Assembly (NCBI GenBank): GCA_018401115.1
Contig: JAGYKX010000007.1
Location: 314,815 to 378,814 of the forward strand
Direction of reading: 5' to 3'
Length of the DNA stretch: 64,000 nucleotides
From: Flavobacteriaceae bacterium
Lineage (GTDB): Bacteria; Bacteroidota; Bacteroidia; Flavobacteriales; Flavobacteriaceae
Shown here: piece after piece, positions 9,649 through 19,854 of the stretch
Layout: the number at the start of each line of letters is the position of its first letter
Numbering within the stretch: position 1 is the first letter of the stretch
Program-made: the position numbers and the translations under genes
Notes under the pieces: generated by a model
The model's database searches: none
Told to the model about the DNA's origin: nothing
What the model saw: the letters and a program-made list of their open reading frames with translations, nothing else

Positions 9649-11349
9649 CTAAGTCTGGTGAGGCTTAATGTCCAACAATTGCAATTGTAAGGTGGTTTGC
9701 CCCTGCCAAAAATTTTCTGATATATTGAAAACAATATCTACCTTTTTTTGGTGGGAGAGAAGGGCTAAGGCATCGGCCTTTTTAAAGGCCACAAAATTAA
9801 TTTTTACCCCACCATCTTGGGTAAGCGTTCCCTTGAGATGGGTCTGATCTGCCCCAATTAATTTCGCATAGCCTGTGTCATAAACGCCTGTCGCTTTAAA
9901 TACCGGAATAGGATTTTCAGGACCAAAAGGAGCCATTTGCTTTAAGATTCTAATAAATTTAGGACTAATCTCTGAAAAGGACAGCGGGCTGTCTATACTA
10001 ATTTGAGGAGTTTTTAAATCAGGGTCTAAAGTACTGGAAACGTAGCTTTCAAAGGCATTTTTAAAATCCTCGTATTTTTCAGGATCCAACGTTAGGCCAG
10101 CAGCATACATATGCCCTCCAAATTGAATGAGGTGTTCACTACAGGCTTCAATGGCTTTATACACATCGTATCCTTTAATAGATCTTGCTGAACCCGCCAA
10201 TACATGACCGCTTTTGGTAAAAACAAGGGTGGGTCTATAATGGGTTTCAATAAGCCTAGAGGCTACAATTCCTATCACACCTTTGTGCCAATCTGGCTGA
10301 TAAACTACCGTGCTAGCATTGGTGGTTTCCAAATCTCCAGCAATCTGTTTCAAAGCGTTTTCTGTGATATGCTGATCTAAACTTCTTCTCTCTGTGTTAT
10401 TGTCCTCAATAGCTGCGGCCATTTGCTTGGCTTGTGCCATGTCTTTTGTTTGTAATAAGGCTACAGCATGTGCGCCGTGAACCATCCTACCTGCAGCATT
10501 TATTCTTGGAGAGACCGTAAAATTAAGGTCGGTGAGGGTCACTACAGGTTTTTTAAATGTCTCTAAAAAGGCTTTAAATCCTGGTCTTGGATGGCTGTTA
10601 ATCTGGGCTAAACCTAAATAGGCTAAGGTTCGGTTTTCTCCATTTAGAGGCACAATATCTGCTCCAATGGCAGTAGCTACTAAGTCTAAATAAGGATAAA
10701 CTACTTCTTTTGGAGCCTCCAAAGCCATGGAAATGGCTTGTATAAGTTTAAAACCTATGCCGCAGCCACAAAGCTCTTTATAGGGATAATTACAATCTAA
10801 TCTTTTGGGGTCTAACACGGCTACAGCATCTGGTAAAACAGCGCCAGGCGTATGATGGTCACAAATAATAAAATCGATCCCTTTTTCCTTGGCGTAAGCT
10901 ACTTTATCTATAGCTTTTACTCCGCAGTCTAATGCAATAATAAGCCCTATATCGTTTTCACTTGCGAAATCTATGCCTTGATAAGATACGCCATAACCCT
11001 CGCTGTAACGATCTGGTATATATGTGGCTACTTTATGGTAGTACTGTTGTAAAAAATCGGCTACTAATGCTACCGCTGTAGTACCATCTACGTCGTAATC
11101 TCCATAGACTAAAATAGCCTCTTCACGTTCCATGGCAAGTATGATTCTAGCAACAGCTAGCTCCATATCCTTCATGAGATGGGGGGAATGGAGCTGAGAC
11201 ATTTCGGGTCTAAAAAAAGTTTTAGCAGCATTGAAATCTGACACGCCTCTTTGGATTAGAAGACGGGACAAAACCTTAGAAATACCAAGCGATTCGCTTA
11301 GCTCCTTTATTCTTTCAAGGTCCCTAAGAGGTGTTTCGATCCAATTCAT
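9649..11349 (-). CDS. recJ: Single-stranded-DNA-specific exonuclease RecJ
   Basis: 566 aa with DHH family motifs (GDYDVDG, CDHHTPG) and a DHHA1-like GGHMYAAG. Confidence 0.9.
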   Translation of the reverse strand: MNWIETPLRDLERIKELSESLGISKVLSRLLIQRGVSDFNAAKTFFRPEMSQLHSPHLMKDMELAVARIILAMEREEAILVYGDYDVDGTTAVALVADFLQQYYHKVATYIPDRYSEGYGVSYQGIDFASENDIGLIIALDCGVKAIDKVAYAKEKGIDFIICDHHTPGAVLPDAVAVLDPKRLDCNYPYKELCGCGIGFKLIQAISMALEAPKEVVYPYLDLVATAIGADIVPLNGENRTLAYLGLAQINSHPRPGFKAFLETFKKPVVTLTDLNFTVSPRINAAGRMVHGAHAVALLQTKDMAQAKQMAAAIEDNNTERRSLDQHITENALKQIAGDLETTNASTVVYQPDWHKGVIGIVASRLIETHYRPTLVFTKSGHVLAGSARSIKGYDVYKAIEACSEHLIQFGGHMYAAGLTLDPEKYEDFKNAFESYVSSTLDPDLKTPQISIDSPLSFSEISPKFIRILKQMAPFGPENPIPVFKATGVYDTGYAKLIGADQTHLKGTLTQDGGVKINFVAFKKADALALLSHQKKVDIVFNISENFWQGQTTLQLQLLDIKPHQT

Positions 11350-11429
11350 AATGATATAGGCAGGGTTACATGACCGCGCATTAAAGCTTCAGCAAGTGCA
11401 TTTTAGGTAAGTCTATATTAAAAAAGTGA

Positions 11430-11852
11430 TTATTCGTGATGGAAAACAGTCTTTACCTCTAATTTGGCAAACTGTCTAAACATTTCCATAACGCCACAGT
11501 AACGCTCCACCGAAAGGTCTACTGTTTTTTGAAGCTTGTCTTCTACTAAATTCGGGCCAAAAAAATGATACGAAATAGTTACGGCGTCATAGAATTTGGG
11601 GTGCTCCTCTGTTAGATTGGCTTCTGTTTGAATCTCAAAAGCACGTACCTCCAATTTCATTTTTTTCATTAATGACGCCACGTCCAATCCAGAACAACCA
11701 GCCAGTGAAGTAAGCATGAGTGCTTTGGGTCTATGTCCGGAGTTCTCACCGCCATTTTCAGCATCTACATCTATTTTTAAAGTATGTCCAGAGGGGTTGT
11801 CGCTTTCAAAAGCCATCCCTCCAAGCCACTTTGTGGTCACAAGGTTTTTCAT
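11430..11852 (-). CDS. OsmC family peroxiredoxin-like protein
   Basis: 140 aa with two conserved Cys contexts (LAGCSG, ERYCGV). Confidence 0.8.
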   Translation of the reverse strand: MKNLVTTKWLGGMAFESDNPSGHTLKIDVDAENGGENSGHRPKALMLTSLAGCSGLDVASLMKKMKLEVRAFEIQTEANLTEEHPKFYDAVTISYHFFGPNLVEDKLQKTVDLSVERYCGVMEMFRQFAKLEVKTVFHHE

Positions 11853-11900
11853 TCTTTACGATTTTTATAAAGTCTTAAAAGTACAAAAAACCCAGCGCTT

Positions 11901-13031
11901 TTAAACCTTAAAAAGGCTTTCAAAAAGATATATGGTGATCATTCCCCAAAAAGTTCCCGTTGCCATGCTTAAAATGGCTAAAACAATGGCGTGGGGCATC
12001 CATTTTTTTTCATAAGCAGCGGTCACAGCTGGTGCTGTAGCAATTCCGCCAACATTAGCCATGCTTGCAATAGGCACCCAAGCCAAATGAACATTAAGAA
12101 ACTTTGCAGCCAATACCATTCCTATAAAATGAACGAAAATCCAAAAAACCAAAAAGCCTATAAATTCTATGGGCATTGACAAAGCGGTAAACTGTAATTT
12201 AAGTCCTAATATGGCCATGACTACTATGATTAAAACACCGCCTAATTTAAGGGCAAATTGGTAATTCCATCGCGGTATAAAATTACTCACCAACAAGCCT
12301 ATTATTGATAAGGCAATCACTTTGATCACGAAAATAGTCAAGAAGATTTCTACAAGAAAAACTCCTGAAATGAGAAGGGCAATTACCCCGTACAAGGAGA
12401 GGCTTTTTTGCTTCTCCTCAGAGATGGGTAAAGGAATGGTCTTATCTGAAATGTTGAAAAAGGCATTTAATTTTTGACTCTTTTTAATGATTTGAAACAT
12501 AAATATGGTCCAAATATTAACCAAAACTGTGTCTACAACTAAAACTTGTAAAAAAAGACTCTCCGAGGTTTTTGCCAATTCCTTTAAGACCAATTGACTG
12601 GTGCTCCCTCCAATCCAACTGCCTACAATGGGGGGAATACCTTTCCAATAACCAGCTTGAATCCATTGGTTTTGCACCAGATCAGAATCCAAAAAAGTCC
12701 AAGCAAAAACCACAGGGAACAATGCAATAATCGCAGAACCAATCACAAATAAAACAAGAGGTTTAAAGCCAATAACTTTTAATTGAGAAAAAGAAAGACT
12801 GCTCATCACTGCGACAATAGCCATGGGAATAACCCATGTTTTACTAAAGCTATGAATGGAGTCTGTACTGTAATCTACAGAGAAAAAATACGAAATTAAA
12901 GCTGGTATTACGTAGGCCAAAAGCACTGCTGGAATCCAATCAAATACTGCTGCAAGTACTTTGTTTTTGGATTTGTCTAAAAAATAAACTGCGACAATAG
13001 TGAACAGAGAAATAACCCAAGCCGCGCTCAA
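11901..13031 (-). CDS. Polytopic membrane protein, DUF819-like
   Basis: 376 aa and highly hydrophobic. The C-terminal VPIASMANVGGIATAPAVTAAY block matches my recollection of DUF819. Confidence 0.5.
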   Translation of the reverse strand: MSAAWVISLFTIVAVYFLDKSKNKVLAAVFDWIPAVLLAYVIPALISYFFSVDYSTDSIHSFSKTWVIPMAIVAVMSSLSFSQLKVIGFKPLVLFVIGSAIIALFPVVFAWTFLDSDLVQNQWIQAGYWKGIPPIVGSWIGGSTSQLVLKELAKTSESLFLQVLVVDTVLVNIWTIFMFQIIKKSQKLNAFFNISDKTIPLPISEEKQKSLSLYGVIALLISGVFLVEIFLTIFVIKVIALSIIGLLVSNFIPRWNYQFALKLGGVLIIVVMAILGLKLQFTALSMPIEFIGFLVFWIFVHFIGMVLAAKFLNVHLAWVPIASMANVGGIATAPAVTAAYEKKWMPHAIVLAILSMATGTFWGMITIYLFESLFKV

Positions 13032-13720
13032 TTTTTAAGGGCTTTTACATATGGCTTTCCTCCTACTACTATCACAATTTCACCTTTTGCGGGCTGGTCG
13101 GTATAGTGGTCTAATACTTCTTGTGCAGTACCACGAATGGTCTCTTCAAATAGCTTGGTAATTTCTCTAGAAACACTCAAAGGTCTCTCTGGACCAAAAT
13201 AAGTGCAAAAATCTTGTAAGGTTCTCAGTAATTTATGCGGAGATTCATAAAAAATAATCGTTCGGGGCTCCTCTTGAAGAAAAGTCAAACGAGTTTGTCT
13301 TCCCTTTTTAACCGGTAAAAAGCCCTCAAAGATAAACTTATCGTTGGGCAAACCGCTATTGACAAGAGCAGGAACAAAGGCTGTAGCTCCGGGCAAACAA
13401 TCAATGGAAACCCCCGCCTCTATACATGCCCTAGAGAGTAAAAATCCTGGATCAGAAATGGCTGGCGTTCCCGCGTCTGAAATAAGCGCCATTGGTTCCC
13501 CAGCTTTTATTCTGTTCACCAATACAGCCACAGTCTTGTGCTCATTGTGCATGTGGTGGGAAAACATGGGCGTCTCAATTTCGAAATGTTTGAGTAGCTT
13601 TCCGCTTGTCCTAGTATCTTCTGCTAAAATAAGTGACACCTCTTTTAAAACCCTTATAGCTCTAATAGTCATGTCTTCTAAATTGCCAATAGGCGTAGGA
13701 ACTAAATACAGTTTAGACAT
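13028..13720 (-). CDS. rsmI: 16S rRNA (cytidine1402-2'-O)-methyltransferase
   Basis: LYLVPTPIGNLEDMTIRAIRVLKEV ... AEDTR ... ISDAGTP. Confidence 0.9.
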   Translation of the reverse strand: MSKLYLVPTPIGNLEDMTIRAIRVLKEVSLILAEDTRTSGKLLKHFEIETPMFSHHMHNEHKTVAVLVNRIKAGEPMALISDAGTPAISDPGFLLSRACIEAGVSIDCLPGATAFVPALVNSGLPNDKFIFEGFLPVKKGRQTRLTFLQEEPRTIIFYESPHKLLRTLQDFCTYFGPERPLSVSREITKLFEETIRGTAQEVLDHYTDQPAKGEIVIVVGGKPYVKALKN

Positions 13721-13742
13721 AAGGTATTTCTGGTCAATATAA

Positions 13743-14405
13743 TTAATGGTATTTCCGAGTGATCAGTTCAATAAACCTTTTTTCATAAGCCTCTTTACCC
13801 TTCCAATCGTTGTACTCTGGCTTTACTAAATGGCCAATAAAAGACATTGCACGCTCCTTTGAGTCTATGGTGTTCAGTTGAGAAACCACTCTTTTAAAAC
13901 TGTCTTCTTCCCCGTTAAACAACTCTTTTACAAAGGCAATCTGGTCATTTAAACCAAAGGAGATTTGCTGGCCATAACGGCCATTTAAAGTAGTTGCTGT
14001 ATTTATTCTGCTAGCAGAAGGGTCTTGTGTGTTCATCTGGAGCTCTTGTGGTGGTTCAGAATCAGATTCTGTTGGTTGGCTTCCTTTTTTTGGCATATGA
14101 GAAACTATATCAATAATCGTATCCATACCTGGCGTCATAATATCTGATTCGTGTGGATTGGACTCTGGAATTTCTGCTCCAGGAGACAGCACCTCGTGGG
14201 CCATTTCTTGAAACTTCTGTGCTATTTGATTTTCCTCTGTGTCTAAATGAGGGTCTCCTAAATTTTGTGATATAAATTTCAATACCGTAAGCTTCTCATA
14301 GAGTGTCTTGGCGGTCTCATAGAGGGGCGCCAATTCACTGCTGTGATTGGCGTCTAAGATATGTTTTGCCAAGCGCTGAAGTTCTTGATGAAGCTTTTCT
14401 CTCAT
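13743..14405 (-). CDS. Hypothetical protein
   Basis: 220-aa ORF with a helical N-terminus and a low-complexity acidic/Pro-rich middle. No motif recognised. Confidence 0.6.
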   Translation of the reverse strand: MREKLHQELQRLAKHILDANHSSELAPLYETAKTLYEKLTVLKFISQNLGDPHLDTEENQIAQKFQEMAHEVLSPGAEIPESNPHESDIMTPGMDTIIDIVSHMPKKGSQPTESDSEPPQELQMNTQDPSASRINTATTLNGRYGQQISFGLNDQIAFVKELFNGEEDSFKRVVSQLNTIDSKERAMSFIGHLVKPEYNDWKGKEAYEKRFIELITRKYH

Positions 14406-14515
14406 AGTAAAGCTAATATCGGGTTTTTTAGATAAAAACCCATTTGCTTTGCTCCTAATTTTATATTTTTATGCCCCAAGGCCGATGCCTTAATGAGTCT
14501 ACTAAATAAAATAAT

Positions 14516-15202
14516 ATGTTTCTAGAAAATACCGTAAATCATGAAGAGCCTTTTGGATGGATAGAAGTGATTTGTGGTTCCATGTTTTCTGGAAAAACAG
14601 AGGAGCTTATTAGGCGTTTAAAAAGAGCCCAATTTGCCAAGCAACGTATAGAGATATTTAAACCTCAAATAGACACCCGCTACCACGATGAAATGGTAGT
14701 GTCTCATGACGAAAATCAGATTAGGTCTACCCCCGTTCCAGCAGCAGCAAATATTAGAATCCTTGCGGACCAATGTGATGTTGTTGGTATAGATGAAGCA
14801 CAATTTTTTGATACTGAAATTATACATGTGTGCAACGATCTTGCCAATAAGGGAAAACGCGTTATTGTCGCTGGTTTAGACATGGATTTCAAAGGCAATC
14901 CCTTTGGGCCAATGCCAGCCCTCATGGCTACCGCAGAATATGTCACGAAGGTTCATGCGGTGTGTACTAGAACAGGAAACTTAGCCAATTACAGTTTTAG
15001 AAAATCTTCCAATGAAAATCTTGTTTTGCTGGGAGAAACTGCAGAATACGAACCTTTAAGCAGGGCTGCATATTTTAAAGCCATGCTCAAAGAGAAAGTA
15101 AAAAGCTTAGAGGTAAATGACGCAATTGCCTTGACCGATCCTTTAAAAAATTCGGGGGATTCAAATTCAATTCCGACTTCTAGCCCAAAGCAATCCAACT
15201 AA
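14516..15202 (+). CDS. tdk: Thymidine kinase
   Basis: [18 protein letters not shown]-loop, DEAQFF, and a short low-complexity C-terminal extension. Confidence 0.9.
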   Translation: MFLENTVNHEEPFGWIEVICGSMFSGKTEELIRRLKRAQFAKQRIEIFKPQIDTRYHDEMVVSHDENQIRSTPVPAAANIRILADQCDVVGIDEAQFFDTEIIHVCNDLANKGKRVIVAGLDMDFKGNPFGPMPALMATAEYVTKVHAVCTRTGNLANYSFRKSSNENLVLLGETAEYEPLSRAAYFKAMLKEKVKSLEVNDAIALTDPLKNSGDSNSIPTSSPKQSN

Positions 15203-15213
15203 TTATTTACTAA

Positions 15214-16305
15214 ATGGGACCTTCAATTTTAGAAATTGACCTTGCCGCTTTAGCCCATAACTATCACTATTTGAGGTCTAAAATAGCCTCAGAAACAATG
15301 CTATTAGGGGTGGTAAAAGCCAATGGGTATGGGTCTGAATCGGTGGCGATAGCAAGAAAACTTGCTGCCTTAGGGGTGGATTATCTCGGTGTAGCTTATA
15401 CGCATGAAGGGGTTGCATTAAGATTAGGGGGTATAAAAACACCTATTTTAGTACTTCACCCTCAACCAGAAGAATTTAGTGATATTGTTAAACACTGTTT
15501 AGAGCCAAGCATTTACTCTATAAGAACTTTGGAGGCTTTCATTAAAGCTGCTCCATGGGAAAGTCATTATCCCATTCACCTTAAATTAAATACGGGCCTA
15601 AATCGTTTGGGTCTTTCTCTGGGCAACTTAGCGATTATCTGTGAAATTCTTTTAAATCAGTCCAACGTAAAAGTAAAAGCTATTATGTCTCACTTAGCGG
15701 CTACAGATGACCTTAAAGAAAAGGCTTTTACTGAGTTACAAATCCAACGATTTAAAGAGGGAACCGCGTTTATTGAAAAGCAGATAGGACCTGTCGCTTT
15801 GAAACACCTCAGCAATAGTTCAGGAATTTTAAATTTCCCAGAGGCAGCATTCAATATGGTCAGAAGTGGCATAGCCCTTTATGGCTATGGAAATCATTCC
15901 AAAATAGATTCACTTTTAAAGCCTGTAGCCACCTTAACCACTAAAATTTCTCAAATTCACTCCATTGAAAAAGGAGATTGGGTAGGGTACAACAAAGGTT
16001 TTGTTGCGGCTAAAAAAATGCGCGTAGCCACTTTAACCATTGGCCATGCAGACGGTATTTCAAGGGTTTATGGCCAAGGTAAAGGGGTGGTTTTTGTAAG
16101 TGGAAATCCTTGTCCAATTATAGGAAATGTGTGTATGGATATGCTGATGATAGACCTAAGAAACCATGTGGCTAAGGAAGGAGACAACGTAGTGATCTTT
16201 GGAAAAGGCGCTTCTGCAGAAACTTTTGCTAGCGGAGCTAAAACCATTTCATACGAACTATTAACAGGGATTGGTGCAAGAGTAAAAAGAGTGATTTTCT
16301 TTTGA
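15214..16305 (+). CDS. alr: Alanine racemase
   Basis: VVKANGYG PLP-lysine motif, 363 aa, with a typical C-terminal ELLTGIG..R. Confidence 0.9.
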   Translation: MGPSILEIDLAALAHNYHYLRSKIASETMLLGVVKANGYGSESVAIARKLAALGVDYLGVAYTHEGVALRLGGIKTPILVLHPQPEEFSDIVKHCLEPSIYSIRTLEAFIKAAPWESHYPIHLKLNTGLNRLGLSLGNLAIICEILLNQSNVKVKAIMSHLAATDDLKEKAFTELQIQRFKEGTAFIEKQIGPVALKHLSNSSGILNFPEAAFNMVRSGIALYGYGNHSKIDSLLKPVATLTTKISQIHSIEKGDWVGYNKGFVAAKKMRVATLTIGHADGISRVYGQGKGVVFVSGNPCPIIGNVCMDMLMIDLRNHVAKEGDNVVIFGKGASAETFASGAKTISYELLTGIGARVKRVIFF

Positions 16306-16498
16306 AATAAGCTTTTTACCCATTGACTATGGTGAATGGGTCAATAGTATCATTAACTTATTCATTGTGGGTATGGTGATGTTTTATTGTAGTAAAGGCC
16401 TATTAAAAATTAAACCTGCGCCACCAAAATCAAGTCCTAAAAAGGGGCCTACCTTAGAGGAAATTTTGCTAGAAATAAGAGATCTTATTAAAGAATAA
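16295..16498 (+). pseudogene. mscL: 5'-deleted remnant of the large-conductance mechanosensitive channel gene
   Basis: The open frame from 16295 reads ...IDYGEWVNSIINLFIVGMVMFYCSKGLLKIKPAPPKSSPKKGPTLEEILLEIRDLIKE*. This resembles MscL TM2 plus the C-terminal helix (E. coli ...KEEVLLTEIRDLLKEQ). No room is left for TM1, because alr ends at 16305. Confidence 0.6.
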
Positions 16499-16581
16499 AT
16501 CATAAGTTGTTGCAAAAATAACTTTTTGTTAAATTTTTATAACAATTTGAAAAGTTATGGAGCGGAACCCCTAAGAATGAT

Positions 16582-16589
16582 TACTTTTG
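16582..16589 (+). promoter_or_regulatory. Candidate -7 promoter box (TAnnTTTG) for asd
   Basis: TACTTTTG lies 20 nt upstream of ATG 16610. Confidence 0.3.
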
Positions 16590-16609
16590 TTTATTAAAAA
16601 TTTAAAAAA

Positions 16610-17599
16610 ATGAAAGTAGCTGTTGTAGGCGCTACCGGAATGGTAGGTGAAGTCATGTTAAAAGTTTTGGCAGAACGTAATTTTCCAATTAGTGAATTGC
16701 TTCTTGTAGCCTCTGAGCGATCAGTGGGTAAAACCATGGAATACGGTGGTAAAACCCATACAGTAATTGGTTTACAAACTGCCGTAGACGCAAAACCTCA
16801 TATTGCTATATTTTCTGCAGGAGGAGACACTTCTTTGGAATGGGCACCAAAATTTGCCGCTGCTGGGACTACAGTAATTGATAATTCTTCTGCGTGGAGA
16901 ATGCACCCAGATCACAAATTAATCGTCCCTGAAATTAACGCCAACACTCTTACAAAAGAAGATAAAATTATAGCCAACCCCAATTGCTCTACCATTCAAA
17001 TGGTCTTGGTTTTAGCGCCTTTACACCAAGCTTACAAAATGAAACGCGTGGTGGTGTCTACCTATCAATCTGTTTCAGGAACTGGGGTAAAGGCGGTGGA
17101 ACAAATGGAAAATGAGACAAAGGGCATTCAAGGAGAAATGGCTTATCACTACCCTATACACAGAAATGCTATTCCCCATTGCGATGTGTTTTTAGAAAAC
17201 GGATACACTAAAGAAGAAATGAAATTGGCTAATGAGCCTAAAAAAATATTGGGAGACCACTCTTTCCATATTACTGCCACCGCAGTGAGAATACCGACCG
17301 CTGGGGGGCATTCTGAATCTGTCAATGTGAGCTTTGAAAAAGACTTTGACCTCTCTGAAGTAAGATCAATTCTCCATGAAACACCAGGGGTAGTAGTTCA
17401 AGACAATACCGACACAAATACCTATCCAATGCCAGCCTATGCACATGACAAAGACGACGTTTTTGTAGGGAGAATTAGAAGAGATGAAAGTGCAGAAAAC
17501 ACCTTAAATATGTGGATTGTAGCAGACAACCTCAGAAAAGGAGCTGCCACCAATGCCATTCAAATTGGAGAATACTTAATTGCAAACGGTTTGGTGTAA
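16610..17599 (+). CDS. asd: Aspartate-semialdehyde dehydrogenase
   Basis: MKVAVVGATGMVG ... NPNCSTIQMV active-site Cys context. Confidence 0.95.
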   Translation: MKVAVVGATGMVGEVMLKVLAERNFPISELLLVASERSVGKTMEYGGKTHTVIGLQTAVDAKPHIAIFSAGGDTSLEWAPKFAAAGTTVIDNSSAWRMHPDHKLIVPEINANTLTKEDKIIANPNCSTIQMVLVLAPLHQAYKMKRVVVSTYQSVSGTGVKAVEQMENETKGIQGEMAYHYPIHRNAIPHCDVFLENGYTKEEMKLANEPKKILGDHSFHITATAVRIPTAGGHSESVNVSFEKDFDLSEVRSILHETPGVVVQDNTDTNTYPMPAYAHDKDDVFVGRIRRDESAENTLNMWIVADNLRKGAATNAIQIGEYLIANGLV

Positions 17600-17608
17600 C
17601 TTTAGGGT

Positions 17609-18607
17609 ATGCTTGTACTGGAAAACATCCATTTTAAATACAAAGAACCCCTTCTTCAAAATATACACTTACGTCTAGCCCCTGGAAAGCTTATGGCTTT
17701 AACAGGCGCTAGCGGGAGTGGAAAAAGTACCTTGTTAAAACTAATTTACGGGAGTTTAGCCCCTGAAAAAGGCCAAATACATTGGAAAAAAGAAGCTTTA
17801 TTAGGGCCTGAATACAACCTGCTCCCAGGCGCCCCTTTTTTGAGGTATCTGGCCCAGGATTTTGATCTCATGCCATATACTTCTGTCGCTGAAAATATTA
17901 GCCAACATTTATCTGTTTTTGAGCCAGAGCATATGGAAAAACGTACCGCTGAGCTTTTAGAGCTCACAGATATGGAGTCTTTTGCCAATACCCAAGTTAA
18001 AAATTTATCAGGCGGACAACAACAACGCGTGGCTTTGGCAAAGGTTTTGGCAAAAGCTCCAGAATTAATTCTCTTAGATGAGCCCTTTAGTCATATAGAC
18101 CCCCCTTTAAAACTTATATTGAGAACAAAGCTATTCAACTACCTAGAACAGCACAAAATTGCCTGTATATTAGCCTCTCACCATCCCGAGGATTATATGG
18201 GTCATGCCCACGAAATGGTCTGTATGGAAAAAGGTGAAATTATCGCTTCTGGCACGCCAGAATCCTTGTATCAATTCCCGCCCAACAAAAAGGTAGCAGA
18301 GCTTTTTGGCGTCTTAAATATTTTAGATAAAGCCACTGTTTTGTCGTTGTATCCATCGCTTAAAATAAAAGAAGGACAGGAAATTGTAGTTTGGCCACAT
18401 GAATGGTCCTATAACGCACAAACTGGCATAAAAGTCAGTGTTGAAAAGAGTCTTTTTGTTGGAAATGGCTATCTAATAGTCTTTAAATCAATAGATGGGA
18501 AGCGCTTTTATATGCATTCAAAAACGGCCCTTTTAGAAAATGAAAAAAAGCGTATTCAAGTGTCCTTAGACCTCTGTGAACAGCGTTTAAATTCATTAGA
18601 GGTGTAG
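17609..18607 (+). CDS. ABC transporter ATP-binding protein
   Basis: Walker A GASGSGKST, signature LSGGQQQRV, Walker B LLDEP, plus a C-terminal extra domain. Confidence 0.8.
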   Translation: MLVLENIHFKYKEPLLQNIHLRLAPGKLMALTGASGSGKSTLLKLIYGSLAPEKGQIHWKKEALLGPEYNLLPGAPFLRYLAQDFDLMPYTSVAENISQHLSVFEPEHMEKRTAELLELTDMESFANTQVKNLSGGQQQRVALAKVLAKAPELILLDEPFSHIDPPLKLILRTKLFNYLEQHKIACILASHHPEDYMGHAHEMVCMEKGEIIASGTPESLYQFPPNKKVAELFGVLNILDKATVLSLYPSLKIKEGQEIVVWPHEWSYNAQTGIKVSVEKSLFVGNGYLIVFKSIDGKRFYMHSKTALLENEKKRIQVSLDLCEQRLNSLEV

Positions 18608-19738
18608 CTCCGCCAATTCACTGCCTACTTTTGACCCTAAAGCCACGCCCATTCCTCCCAAACGAACCCCACAGTACACGTTGGGCTGAACACATTTTAA
18701 GAGGGGTTCTTTACCAGCTCCAACACCCATAATTCCAGACCATCTACGATCAATTTCATAGGAAACCCCAGGAAGAATCGTTTCTTTAAGTAAGCGATCA
18801 AGTGCGTCTTGAATAAGCGACGTTTGAGAAAAATCAGTGGTTTCTTCCTCTTTGAAGGCCAAGTTTCGCCCTCCTCCTAGCAGTATTCTTTGGTCTATGT
18901 TTCTAAAATAATAGTAGCCCATGTCCAAATGAAAAGCCCCTTTTATGTGGAGATTTTCTATGGGCTTTGTAATAAGAACCTGAGCCCGTGCAGGCCTTAC
19001 ATTTTCTATTTGAAGCGATTTAGAAAAACCGTTGGTTGCTATAAATAACGCCCCTGCTTTACACTCAAAAAAATTAGTTTTCAGGTGAACCGATCCATTA
19101 GAACTAGAAAAATCAGTGAGCTCAGTCCCATAAAAAATATGAATGTCTTGCGCTTGCACTTTACGGATTAGCTGCTTCATCATGAGGCCGGTATCTATCT
19201 GTCCCTCGTGAACGCTGCTAATATAATTTTCTTTTACCCCCTTAAAATTAAACGTATTGGACGCAGTGTAAAACGAATCCGACTTAAAAACCGGCTGTAA
19301 CAATGAATTCACTGCGGTTAATTGGTCTAAACATGTCTCGTATAGTGCTGTGTGGGCTGCTAAAAAAACTTCATGCCCACCGTGGTTCTTATACCCTATT
19401 GGAGCGTCCCCCAGTCTACTTCTGAGTAATTGAACCCCCTCATACCTTCTTTGAACAATATTTAAAACGCTTTGTTCGCCCTGGCAATCTATGTCGGACA
19501 AAATTTCAGAAATACTACCAAAGCAAGTAAATCCTGCATTTTTAGTACTTGCCCCATGAGGCAAAATGCCTTTTTCAAAAACTACAATAGTAGATTTAGG
19601 GTATTTTTCCCTTAAAGAAAGGGCACAGCTTAAACCGACTATACCACTTCCAATTACTGCATAATCTATATTTGACAACCAGTGTTTGTGCTCCCAGTAA
19701 CTCAGTGCGTCCATGCTTAAAAATACTACATTTTCCAA
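18596..19738 (-). CDS. FAD-dependent oxidoreductase (DAO family)
   Basis: N-terminal dinucleotide fold AVIGSGIVGLSCA, 380 aa. Confidence 0.75.
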   Translation of the reverse strand: MENVVFLSMDALSYWEHKHWLSNIDYAVIGSGIVGLSCALSLREKYPKSTIVVFEKGILPHGASTKNAGFTCFGSISEILSDIDCQGEQSVLNIVQRRYEGVQLLRSRLGDAPIGYKNHGGHEVFLAAHTALYETCLDQLTAVNSLLQPVFKSDSFYTASNTFNFKGVKENYISSVHEGQIDTGLMMKQLIRKVQAQDIHIFYGTELTDFSSSNGSVHLKTNFFECKAGALFIATNGFSKSLQIENVRPARAQVLITKPIENLHIKGAFHLDMGYYYFRNIDQRILLGGGRNLAFKEEETTDFSQTSLIQDALDRLLKETILPGVSYEIDRRWSGIMGVGAGKEPLLKCVQPNVYCGVRLGGMGVALGSKVGSELAELHL

Positions 19739-19854
19739 TACTTATTGGAGGCATTTAAATCAAAAAATCACCCCTAAAAAGCAAACGCTTCTCGGGGGTG
19801 ATGAATACTTAAGTATCAGTTGGGTCAAAATTACCCAGCAGGTTCTTTGACTGT

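Noticed and set aside
13344-13742. 132-aa plus-strand ORF antisense to rsmI
   Set aside because: It is fully overlapped by a confidently identified gene on the other strand and has no recognisable motif.
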